From NCBI GenBank assembly GCA_963693055.1, contig OY843751.1, positions 896,001 to 960,000 on the forward strand: DNA of 64,000 nt. Reading direction: 5' to 3'. Of this stretch, positions 18,720 through 27,328 are shown piece after piece. Below the pieces are notes generated by a model, which was not told the DNA's origin, did not search any database, and was given only the letters and a program-made list of their open reading frames with translations. The position numbers and the translations under genes were made by a program. The DNA comes from a bacterium. Lineage in GTDB: Bacteria > Zhuqueibacterota > Zhuqueibacteria > Residuimicrobiales > Krinioviventaceae. The first letter of the stretch is position 1; every line of letters begins with the position of its first letter.

Positions 18720-18992
18720 TTATTTGGTTTTGGGAAGAATAACCTCTACATCTGTATGGGGACGAGGAATTACATGTACTGAAACCAATTCGCCAACTTT
18801 TTCAGCAGCTGCAGCACCAGCGTCAGTAGCAGCTTTAACAGCACCAACGTCGCCACGAACGATAACAGTCATCAATCCACTTCCAACTCTTTCTGTGCCA
18901 AGCAATTTTACATTTGCCGCTTTAACCATTGCGTCGGCGGCTTCTATTGCAGGAATGAAACCTCTAGTTTCAACAAGTCCTAATGCTTCCAT
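18720..18992 (-). CDS. Bacterial microcompartment hexamer shell protein (BMC-H, EutM/PduA-like)
   Basis: [23 protein letters not shown]...[11 protein letters not shown]...VHVIPRPH; ATG at 18992 follows a GGAGG RBS. Confidence 0.95.
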   Translation of the reverse strand: MEALGLVETRGFIPAIEAADAMVKAANVKLLGTERVGSGLMTVIVRGDVGAVKAATDAGAAAAEKVGELVSVHVIPRPHTDVEVILPKTK

Positions 18993-19051
18993 TGTGGGGT
19001 AACCCTCCAAAATTTTTCTGCTGTTTTATATTGATTATGTATATATTTTAC

Positions 19052-19080
19052 AAAGTAATAAACTTTTAATTGTTTGTCAA
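19052..19080 (-). promoter_or_regulatory. Putative sigma-70 promoter for the BMC-H gene
   Basis: Minus strand TTGACA-N17-TACTTT. Confidence 0.55.
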
Positions 19081-19127
19081 CTCTTTTTAAGTTTTTTTGT
19101 TTGATAAACACATTCAGGAATACAGAC

Positions 19128-19156
19128 TTGCATTTATCAACTGGTTTGGTTAATTT
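19128..19156 (+). promoter_or_regulatory. Putative sigma-70 promoter for the lpxH-mre operon (divergent)
   Basis: TTGCAT-N17-TAATTT. Confidence 0.4.
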
Positions 19157-19181
19157 CTTTTGGTGAAAAATATAGGGAAAT

Positions 19182-19970
19182 ATGAAAAAAATTTTTATTT
19201 CTGATGCTCATTTTGGCGCTGAAAGTACGGAAAAAGAAAAGCACAAAGCAGAGTTGTTTTATTCTTTTTTAGAGTATTTTGAAAGTCAGGATGCCGAACT
19301 ATATATAGTTGGTGATTTGTTTGATTTCTGGTTTGAGTACAAGTATGCAATACCACGCAGGCATTTTAGAATAATTGCCCATTTGGCTGACTTGTGCCGC
19401 AGCGGCAGGAACATACATTATTTAGCCGGTAATCATGATTTTTGGCTGGGTTCTTTTATGGAAAAAGAAGTGGGTATGAAATTGCATACGGATGATTATA
19501 TTATCTCAGAGCCGGAATGCAAAATTTTTATTTGTCATGGTGATGGTTTATTGAAAAATGATTACGGTTATCGGTTCCTAAAAAGGGTGTTAAGAAGCAA
19601 GATGAATATTTGGTTGTATCGTTTGATGCATCCAGATTTTGGTATTCCATTCGCATTGTTTTTTTCTAATCTGAGCCGCAAGCATTCCAAGAATGATGAG
19701 AATTACACGGATATAGATTACAGACAATATGCTTTTGATAGAATAGATGAGGGATATGATTTTGTAATTTTGGGTCATACCCACTGGCCAGCTATGGATA
19801 AATATAAAAATGGCTGGTATTTAAATGCCGGGAATTGGATGGAAAAATTCACTTTTGCTGAAATTGACAACTGTAAACCCCATTTGTACAGGTGGGATGG
19901 ACAGAATGCAGTTGATGCGGAAATTGAATTCCCTCCCGGATACAAAAAACAATTTGAAGGTAAAGAGTGA
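19182..19970 (+). CDS. lpxH: UDP-2,3-diacylglucosamine diphosphatase (metallophosphoesterase)
   Basis: SDAH, GDLFDFW, GNHD, HGD and GHTH motifs. Confidence 0.85.
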   Translation: MKKIFISDAHFGAESTEKEKHKAELFYSFLEYFESQDAELYIVGDLFDFWFEYKYAIPRRHFRIIAHLADLCRSGRNIHYLAGNHDFWLGSFMEKEVGMKLHTDDYIISEPECKIFICHGDGLLKNDYGYRFLKRVLRSKMNIWLYRLMHPDFGIPFALFFSNLSRKHSKNDENYTDIDYRQYAFDRIDEGYDFVILGHTHWPAMDKYKNGWYLNAGNWMEKFTFAEIDNCKPHLYRWDGQNAVDAEIEFPPGYKKQFEGKE

Positions 19971-20773
19971 TCAATTATCGTAAAAGCTGGATAGATTATT
20001 TTACCTTAATCGTTGCAATTGTAATCTCTTTGATTCTTATTGCCCGCAATGGTGACGCTTTTCGAAATTCTGCTATTCATACAATAACTCTGGAAATAAC
20101 ATCAACCCTTGCATCGCCTTTTACATTTTGGCATGACATTCTGGGAGTACGTAAAGAGAATCAACGTTTAAAACAAAGAAATATTCAATTACAGTTGGAG
20201 AATTCCCGCCTTTATCAAGACCGTTTAGAAAAAAATAGATTGATGAAATTGCTGGATCTTAGAGAAGACTTTGGTTTTAAAAGTATTCCCGCGCGGGTCG
20301 TAGGACTTGATGGGATGATGGGCATACACTCTTTTATTCTGGATAAAGGGAAAAAAGACGGTGTTAAAATAAATATGCCTGTTATTGCCACACAGGGGCT
20401 TGCCGGCAAAGTAATACAATTGTCTGAACATAATTCTGTAGTGCAGGCTGTAACAGATAAAAATTTTCGTGTGGCTGCAAGGTTGCAGGATGAGCGTTTT
20501 TCAGGTATTTTGAAAGGTACAGGCGGTGATAAGGCCGAATTGTGGGGGATACCCTTGTCTGCTAATGTAAATGTGGATGACAAGCTTATCACGCTTGGTA
20601 TGGATTCAATTTATCCACCTTATTTACAACTTGGTAAAGTTTTGCAAGTTAAAGATGGGCCCGAAGGTCTTTTTTATGTTATCAAAGTTGAACCGGCTGA
20701 AATCTATTCCAGAATTGAACAAGTTCTGATTTTAGCCCGAATGGACAGTACAAATGAAAACAGCAATTTTTAG
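19967..20773 (+). CDS. mreC: Rod shape-determining protein MreC
   Basis: TM plus coiled coil plus LDKGKKDGVKINMPVI..GLAGKV. Confidence 0.93.
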   Translation: MINYRKSWIDYFTLIVAIVISLILIARNGDAFRNSAIHTITLEITSTLASPFTFWHDILGVRKENQRLKQRNIQLQLENSRLYQDRLEKNRLMKLLDLREDFGFKSIPARVVGLDGMMGIHSFILDKGKKDGVKINMPVIATQGLAGKVIQLSEHNSVVQAVTDKNFRVAARLQDERFSGILKGTGGDKAELWGIPLSANVNVDDKLITLGMDSIYPPYLQLGKVLQVKDGPEGLFYVIKVEPAEIYSRIEQVLILARMDSTNENSNF

Positions 20774-21254
20774 TATACTTTTATTTATATCAATATTGAT
20801 TCAGATAGCTCTAAAGCCCATGCTGACTTTTTGGGGGATGGGCCCGGATTTATCCATTCTGGTTCTTTGTTTTGCGGCTTTTGCCTTGCCAAGAAATTCA
20901 GTTACTATTATGGGGTTTGCTACGGGATTTATACGTGACAGTTTAGGGTTTAGTATGTTGGGCGTAGGCTCGTTATTGTTTACAATTGTTGCGTTTGCTG
21001 CTGCTTCTTTGCTGCGTAAACGTTCATTTCAGTCTTTGTTTGAAGTTACTCTATATTTCTCAATTGTTATCTTGGGCTTTTTTTTCCTGTACCATGTTTT
21101 TATAAACTTGTTCTCTGATGGATTTGGGGTAATGATTGTAACGCAAGTATTGCCATCTACACTATTATCTGTTTTAATTTTAGTGATAATCTTTATTCTT
21201 GTACCAAAAATGTTCTGGTACCGTATCAACCTTTATGGACAAACGAGATATTGA
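20754..21254 (+). CDS. mreD: Rod shape-determining protein MreD
   Basis: Hydrophobic; PDL and GF..G.IRD motifs; lies between mreC and mrdA. Confidence 0.88.
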   Translation: MKTAIFSILLFISILIQIALKPMLTFWGMGPDLSILVLCFAAFALPRNSVTIMGFATGFIRDSLGFSMLGVGSLLFTIVAFAAASLLRKRSFQSLFEVTLYFSIVILGFFFLYHVFINLFSDGFGVMIVTQVLPSTLLSVLILVIIFILVPKMFWYRINLYGQTRY

Positions 21255-23031
21255 TATGCCAGATTTTGAAGACAAGAAAATTATTTTCTCCATAGCCATT
21301 TATTTTTTATTCCTGATTTTATTTTTTCAATTGTTCAGGCTGCAGGTGTATGATCGAAAAAAATATCAGCAGCATTCTTTTAAAAATCGAATAAAGCAGG
21401 TTAGGTTAATGCCCTCGCGGGGTGTCATTTATGACAGAAATGGTGAAAAGATAGTAGAGAACCAACCTGTTTATAATGTATATGTTGTTCCGTTCGAGTG
21501 TAAGAATGACACGGCCTTGATATTATTGTCTCGCTTACTGGGCGATTCTACACAAATCATTCAAGATCGGATTAAACAATCGGGGCGGCTTTTTAGTGCT
21601 GTCAAAGTGTGGGATGATATCTCTTTTGCGCAATTGGTAGCGATTGAAGAGCGCAAGTTTGAATTACCTGGAACAAGTGTTCAAGTTGATACGCGAAGAA
21701 AATACACGTCAAGAGCTGATCTTGCTCATGTATTGGGTTATTTATCTGAGGCTTCTGAAGCAGATATAGAGCAGGATTTGCAAAAACAGACAAAATTGGG
21801 CGACTGGGTAGGTAAAAAGGGTGTTGAGAAAAAATATCAAAAAGAACTCTTGGGTATGGTTGGCGTTAATTTTATTGAAGTGAATGCCCTTGGAAGAGAG
21901 ATTAATGATAAAGATTTTGCTGGCGAAATGGCTCCCAAGCGGGGTAAAGATATGTATTTAACTGTTGATCTGGATTTGCAGGTCATGGCTGAATCTTTAT
22001 TTGTGGACAAGCAGGGTGGAGTGGTTATGCTGGATGCCCGCAATGGAGATGCTTTGGTCTTGTGTAGCAAGCCAGACTATGACCCCAGAATTTTTTCTAA
22101 ACGTATTTCCAATACAGATTGGAGAACTTTGGTGAATGATCCTGCAAAACCCATGTTTGACAGGGTTGTGCAGGGTGAGTTTCCGCCGGGTTCAACTTAC
22201 AAGCTGGTTGTGCTAGCGGCAGCGTTGGAAACCGGTATTGCAGTTCCTGATGACAAGTACAACTGTACTGGTTTGTATCGTTTTGGCAGGGGAAGGTTTC
22301 ACTGCTGGAACCATAGCGGACATGGAACGCTTGATATGTATGGAGCGATAAAAAATTCCTGTAATGTTTACATGTATAATGTTAGTCTTGATATGGATGT
22401 GAATGTTTGGGCAGAGTACTCTAAACGTTTTGGATTTGGGCAGGCAACAGGAATTGATCTGTATGCTGAAGGTAAAGGAAATGTGCCGGATAAAGCATAT
22501 CTGGATAAGGCCTATGGCGAAAACGGTTGGACCAAAGCCATGATGTTGAACCTGGGAATTGGGCAGGGAGATTTGTTGGTAACACCCTTGCAAATGGCGC
22601 AATTTGCCATGATAATGGCAAACAAGGGCTATTATTTTGCTCCACATATGATGCAGAAATTTGTTGATCCTATTGATGGTTCTTTTGTGTTATATAATGC
22701 ACCTAGAAAAACGGTTGAAGGTATATCTGAAACTACCTTTGATGTGCTTCGCAAGGGTATGGATATGGTCGTTAATGATGTTGGAGGCACGGGAAGGGCG
22801 AGTTTTAATCGGGATTATAAAGTAGCTGGTAAAACAGGTACAGCTCAGAATCCACATGGAGAATCGCACGCCTGGTTTATCGGTTTTGCGCCATTTGAAG
22901 AGCCTCAGGTTGCGTTTTGTGTGTTTGTAGAAAATGGCGGAAGTGGTGGAGGAAACGCCGCTCCCATTGCCGGCAAGTTGTTGAAAAAATATTTTGAAAT
23001 GCAAACAATGGTAGCAGACTTTGATTCTTAA
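21235..23031 (+). CDS. mrdA: Penicillin-binding protein 2 (start at ATG 21235 or 21256)
   Basis: RGVIYDRNG; PGSTYK (SxxK), SCN and KTGTAQ motifs. Confidence 0.95.
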   Translation: MDKRDIDMPDFEDKKIIFSIAIYFLFLILFFQLFRLQVYDRKKYQQHSFKNRIKQVRLMPSRGVIYDRNGEKIVENQPVYNVYVVPFECKNDTALILLSRLLGDSTQIIQDRIKQSGRLFSAVKVWDDISFAQLVAIEERKFELPGTSVQVDTRRKYTSRADLAHVLGYLSEASEADIEQDLQKQTKLGDWVGKKGVEKKYQKELLGMVGVNFIEVNALGREINDKDFAGEMAPKRGKDMYLTVDLDLQVMAESLFVDKQGGVVMLDARNGDALVLCSKPDYDPRIFSKRISNTDWRTLVNDPAKPMFDRVVQGEFPPGSTYKLVVLAAALETGIAVPDDKYNCTGLYRFGRGRFHCWNHSGHGTLDMYGAIKNSCNVYMYNVSLDMDVNVWAEYSKRFGFGQATGIDLYAEGKGNVPDKAYLDKAYGENGWTKAMMLNLGIGQGDLLVTPLQMAQFAMIMANKGYYFAPHMMQKFVDPIDGSFVLYNAPRKTVEGISETTFDVLRKGMDMVVNDVGGTGRASFNRDYKVAGKTGTAQNPHGESHAWFIGFAPFEEPQVAFCVFVENGGSGGGNAAPIAGKLLKKYFEMQTMVADFDS

Positions 23032-24235
23032 TAACCGTAAATATGAATGGAGCATTTTAATTGCTGTTTTATTGCTCTGCACTTATGGCCTGGTTGCTAT
23101 TTACAGTGCAACACATGGAGAATTGAGTTCTCAATCTGAGCATATGTTTTTTATAAAGCAATTGGTTTGGATTGGTATAGGGCTTTTTATGTTTTTCGTT
23201 GTTTCCATGCTACCCAGTAATTGGCTGTCCATGTCTGCACCATTTTTATATAGCCTGTTATTATTGATCCTCATGGGATTACTGGTTTTGGGACGAGGCG
23301 GTGGGCCAAGCCGTTGGATCGGATTCGGTGGATTACAATTGCAGCCATCAGAGTTTATGAAGCCGGTGCTGGTTATGACTCTTGCTGCATATTTCAGCTC
23401 TGGTTTTTCACTTGTTCGAAAAATGGATATTTTGCTTGTCTTTGTTATGATACTGGTCCCCTTTGCATTGGTACTGAAACAACCGGATCTAGGAACTTCT
23501 CTGACTTTTTTGGTGATTATTGTTCCCATGTTGTATTGGCGGGGAGTTAGTTTATTTGTTTTGTTTGTTATCTGCGCTCCAATTGTTACATTTATAGCTT
23601 CGTTTCAGTTTTGGTCTTTTTTTGTGACAATTTTAGTGATTTGCGCTATTCTGGTTATATCAAGAAGAGGTGCATTGACCTTTTGGACAGTGTTCTTTTT
23701 CAATATTATAGTAGGTATTGCGGCCCCCTCATTCTGGAATCATTTGCATGAATATCAGCAAAAACGTGTTTTAAATTTTCTAGGTATTGTGTCTGACCCC
23801 CAGGGTTCAGGGTATCAAATTATACAGTCCAAGGTGGCCATTGGATCCGGAGGATTTTGGGGAAAGGGCTTTATGGAAGGGTCTCAAACACAGTTGAGCT
23901 TTTTACCAGAGCAGCATACCGACTTTATTTTTTCCGTAATTGCGGAAGAGTGGGGTTTTATTGGTTCAATGGTACTGATTGCTACGTTTATAATATTACT
24001 ATCAAGAGGCATACATATTGCCTCTACTGCAAAAAGTGATTTTGAAGGGCTGTTAACAATAGGCCTCGTTTCCATGTTCATGTTTCAAATACTTGTAAAT
24101 ATGGGAATGACTATGGGTATAATGCCGGTTACAGGTATGACATTACCCTTTATTAGTTACGGCGGATCGTCTATGATGTCATCGATGATCATGGCTGGTT
24201 TAATTATGAATTCTGCATTAAATCGTTTCAAGTAA
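23021..24235 (+). CDS. rodA: Rod shape-determining protein RodA (SEDS)
   Basis: QPSEF.K, QPDLGT, LPEQHTDFIF and LPFISYGGSS motifs. Confidence 0.95.
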   Translation: MILNNRKYEWSILIAVLLLCTYGLVAIYSATHGELSSQSEHMFFIKQLVWIGIGLFMFFVVSMLPSNWLSMSAPFLYSLLLLILMGLLVLGRGGGPSRWIGFGGLQLQPSEFMKPVLVMTLAAYFSSGFSLVRKMDILLVFVMILVPFALVLKQPDLGTSLTFLVIIVPMLYWRGVSLFVLFVICAPIVTFIASFQFWSFFVTILVICAILVISRRGALTFWTVFFFNIIVGIAAPSFWNHLHEYQQKRVLNFLGIVSDPQGSGYQIIQSKVAIGSGGFWGKGFMEGSQTQLSFLPEQHTDFIFSVIAEEWGFIGSMVLIATFIILLSRGIHIASTAKSDFEGLLTIGLVSMFMFQILVNMGMTMGIMPVTGMTLPFISYGGSSMMSSMIMAGLIMNSALNRFK

Positions 24236-24253
24236 GCGAAGAGGAGGTTTATA

Positions 24254-25075
24254 TTGCATCCGATATTGTTTCGACTTGGCGCTTTTGAAGTTCGTTCTTA
24301 TGGCGTTATGTTGGCGTTGTCTTTTTTGTTTGGTATTATGATAGCGGTAAAAAGAGCAAAAAAGCGTGGAGTTGATCCCAATCATATTATGGATTTATCA
24401 GTCATTCTTATTATCAGTGCAATAGTGGGATCACGTTTGTTGTATGTTGCATATCATCCGGAAGAATTTTCCGGACATTGGTTGGATGCCATAAGTCCTT
24501 TTCAGAGTGATGGTACCATTGGTCTGGGTGGTTTGACTGTATTGGGAGGGGTTGTATTGTGTTTCATTTCTGCTTTTATTTTTCTAAGGGTTAAAAAACT
24601 CTCTTTTCTCGTATTTGCAGACATTATGATTCCAATGGTGGGATTGGGGATTTTTCTTACACGTATTGGTTGTTTTCTAAATGGTTGTTGTTATGGGCTG
24701 CCTTGTGGTGAGCACGGTCATTTGTGTGTAACCTTTCCATACAACAGTGCTGCCGGACATATGTTCCCGGATACGCCCCTGGTACCAGCACAGCTTTATT
24801 CTTCACTTTATGGATTAATGATTCTGGGTGTTTTGTTATTCATTGAAAGATGGCAGAAATTTGACGGTTTTCTATTTTACGTGTTTTTAATTCTTTATGG
24901 TTTGTCTCGCTTTACTGTAGATTTTTTCAGATATTATGAAAACAGTATGGTAATTATGCAATTGGCAGGCAAAGATATTAGCCTGAACCAGGGAATCAGT
25001 TTTTTGTTTATTGTAATTGGAACTTTAATGCTGATTTTAGGTTATTTACGTAATAAAAAGAAAGATGTTGTATAG
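24254..25075 (+). CDS. lgt: Prolipoprotein diacylglyceryl transferase
   Basis: MHPILF, SYG, RIGCFLNGCCYG and RF.VDFFR motifs; GAGGAGG RBS. Confidence 0.9.
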   Translation: MHPILFRLGAFEVRSYGVMLALSFLFGIMIAVKRAKKRGVDPNHIMDLSVILIISAIVGSRLLYVAYHPEEFSGHWLDAISPFQSDGTIGLGGLTVLGGVVLCFISAFIFLRVKKLSFLVFADIMIPMVGLGIFLTRIGCFLNGCCYGLPCGEHGHLCVTFPYNSAAGHMFPDTPLVPAQLYSSLYGLMILGVLLFIERWQKFDGFLFYVFLILYGLSRFTVDFFRYYENSMVIMQLAGKDISLNQGISFLFIVIGTLMLILGYLRNKKKDVV

Positions 25076-25099
25076 ATTTCGTTAAAAATTAAAATTCTC

Positions 25100-25128
25100 T
25101 TGACTTTTTTTGTTAAGTTCAATAAATT
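25100..25128 (+). promoter_or_regulatory. Putative sigma-70 promoter
   Basis: TTGACT-N17-TAAATT upstream of the beta-barrel gene. Confidence 0.55.
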
Positions 25129-25151
25129 TAATTAAATAACTTGAAAAGCGA

Positions 25152-26327
25152 ATGGTGAAAAATCAATTGATAAAACGACTGTGGTTTTTGCTCCTTGTGT
25201 ATATCATTTCAATTGTCCCTAGTGGTGCATTTGCACTTGATGACAAAATTGGTGTAGGCATTAAAGCTGGAATGGGTCGCCTAGAGGGGGATTGGAGCAG
25301 CCCCGGACTTTCATTCAATGGTTCTGTTTTTGCAAGTTACAGCCCGTTTCCATACTTTGCAATTAGTGGCGAGTTGGGTACCGGTTTTCTCAGAACCTCG
25401 GAAATATCAGACATCAGCAGGATTGATGCCGGCTTTGACAATGTAGATGATTACAATACAACATTTGTACCCTATGAATTGCAGGTACAGGTCAATCCTT
25501 TTCCATATTTTAAAATCAAGCCCTTTGCATTATTGGGGGTTGGTGGATTGTGGTTTAATTCAACCTATCAGGATGCTACAATTAATCTGGATGGTGTTGA
25601 ACAGAATTTAATGGATTCATATTTCAAGTTTGGTGGAGGTATTGAATATCCAATTGAGCCACAGATTTCGGTTATACTTGGCGCGGATTTTAGGCAAACC
25701 ATGACAGACCGACTTGAGCAATGGAAAAGTGGTGATGAGAACGATGGTATTATCTCTGTTTGGGCCGGAGTTACATATTATTTTCCATTAAAGAATAAGG
25801 ATGATCGTGATTTTGATAATATTCCATTATCTTTAGATGTGGACCCCATATATGCTGAAGATTTTAATGGATATCAGGACCACGATGGAAGACCCGAAAA
25901 TGGAGTGCCTGAAAATTTTGACTACAAAAAGCCCTTAGTAAAGCATAACCCTGTATTTAGAGCGCTTGAGGGCAGCAATCTGGAAATTAAAGCTGAAATT
26001 TATTCTACCACGCCTTTGAAAAGTATTTCTATTATGCACCGGGCAATAGGCAGTAAAAAATGGCAAGTAGTAGAGATGAGTCCGGAACCTAACAATATAT
26101 ATGTAGGTGAAATAGATAAATCATATTTAACCGGTGATGGGCTAGAATATTTTGTTGTTGCAGTAACCCGAGATTTACAAGGCATGGGGTATTCAGGATT
26201 ACCGAAGCGCCCTATCCAGGTTAAAATAGTAAAAAATGCTTCAAAATGGCGACTAGCCACCGGGGCGCTATCAGCGTTGAGCTGGGCAAGCGCTTTGTAT
26301 ATTATTCTAAGAAAACAAACCAATTAG
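25152..26327 (+). CDS. OmpA-like beta-barrel + TSP3-like linker + Ig-like domain + C-terminal hydrophobic helix
   Basis: Signal peptide (AFA|L); beta-strands ending in AGVTYYF; DDRDFDNIP...AEDFNGYQDHDGRPE; HNP...LEYFVVA Ig-like segment; WRLATGALSALSWASALYIILRK. Confidence 0.7.
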   Translation: MVKNQLIKRLWFLLLVYIISIVPSGAFALDDKIGVGIKAGMGRLEGDWSSPGLSFNGSVFASYSPFPYFAISGELGTGFLRTSEISDISRIDAGFDNVDDYNTTFVPYELQVQVNPFPYFKIKPFALLGVGGLWFNSTYQDATINLDGVEQNLMDSYFKFGGGIEYPIEPQISVILGADFRQTMTDRLEQWKSGDENDGIISVWAGVTYYFPLKNKDDRDFDNIPLSLDVDPIYAEDFNGYQDHDGRPENGVPENFDYKKPLVKHNPVFRALEGSNLEIKAEIYSTTPLKSISIMHRAIGSKKWQVVEMSPEPNNIYVGEIDKSYLTGDGLEYFVVAVTRDLQGMGYSGLPKRPIQVKIVKNASKWRLATGALSALSWASALYIILRKQTN

Positions 26328-26336
26328 GAGAGCGAA

Positions 26337-27167
26337 ATGAAGGCAAAGCAATATATTATTTTACTCGTGATGATGCTGAGTTTTTTCAGTGTACTGTTTC
26401 TGAGTTCATGTGCCGGTACTCGCCAGGAAGACAGCAGCTTTGAAAATGAGCTGTTTGGTGAAGATGAATTAGAAGGTATTGACGATATGGTCCTGAGCGA
26501 TTTAGACGCTTCTTCTGATGAAGATGAGGTTTTGCGTTTATTGGGTATATCTGAAGACAATAATGACAATACCCAATCGTTTTCACAATCGGAATACGCA
26601 GAAAGTACCAATGTTTCTACAAGACCCAGCGGTAATCTTGAAGAACAGGTCAATTATCTGGAAGATGAAGCGCAGCGTAAAGATATTGAAATGTCAAATC
26701 TGAAAGCAGACATTGCCGAACGTGAACGCCGTATTCAGGAACTGCAAACTCAACTTGCGCAAAATGGTGGTACATTGCCAAGTTCTGGTTCTGCAACCGG
26801 TAGTTTTAAAGGTCAGTATGAACAGGCTTTGAACAATTATCGTACAAGAAATTACCGTACAGCGATACAACAGTTTGATGTCATGTTGGCACAAAATGCT
26901 ACAAATACTCTGGTTGACAATTGCCAGTATTGGAAAGGTGAATGTTATTACGCGTTAAGCGATTATAACCAGGCTATTCTTGAATTCCAAAAAGTATTCA
27001 TGTATGGAGAATCCAACAAGATTGATGATGCACAATTGAAACTGGGATTATGTTATTTGCGATTGGGTGACAAGCAAAGATCAAGAACTGAATTTGAGAA
27101 ATTGATCTCAAATTATCCTGACAGTGAATTTGTTTCACGGGCACAAACCTATATGTCACGTTTATAA
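26337..27167 (+). CDS. cpoB: CpoB/YbgF-like TPR lipoprotein
   Basis: Lipobox LSS-C, acidic linker, coiled coil, then NCQYWKGECYY...DDAQLKLG...YPDS TPR domain. Confidence 0.75.
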   Translation: MKAKQYIILLVMMLSFFSVLFLSSCAGTRQEDSSFENELFGEDELEGIDDMVLSDLDASSDEDEVLRLLGISEDNNDNTQSFSQSEYAESTNVSTRPSGNLEEQVNYLEDEAQRKDIEMSNLKADIAERERRIQELQTQLAQNGGTLPSSGSATGSFKGQYEQALNNYRTRNYRTAIQQFDVMLAQNATNTLVDNCQYWKGECYYALSDYNQAILEFQKVFMYGESNKIDDAQLKLGLCYLRLGDKQRSRTEFEKLISNYPDSEFVSRAQTYMSRL

Positions 27168-27203
27168 AAAAATAAAATATTTTTATCATTAATCTGGAAT
27201 TAC

Positions 27204-27231
27204 AAAAGGGTAACTTTGGTTACCCTTTTTT
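27204..27231 (+). terminator. Rho-independent terminator
   Basis: AAAAGGGTAAC-TTTG-GTTACCCTTTTTT. Confidence 0.85.
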
Positions 27232-27328
27232 ATTGATTTTGTTACAAATTTTTTTAAATTAGTAGATGCGGAAGTGTTCCGTTTCTTGTTTTTGAATTTC
27301 CATTCATTGATAAACAATAGGTAATCTC

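Noticed and set aside
19010-19182. Strand switch as a possible replication origin or terminus
   Set aside because: Explained by divergent promoters; no DnaA-box cluster or dif-like site was recognised.
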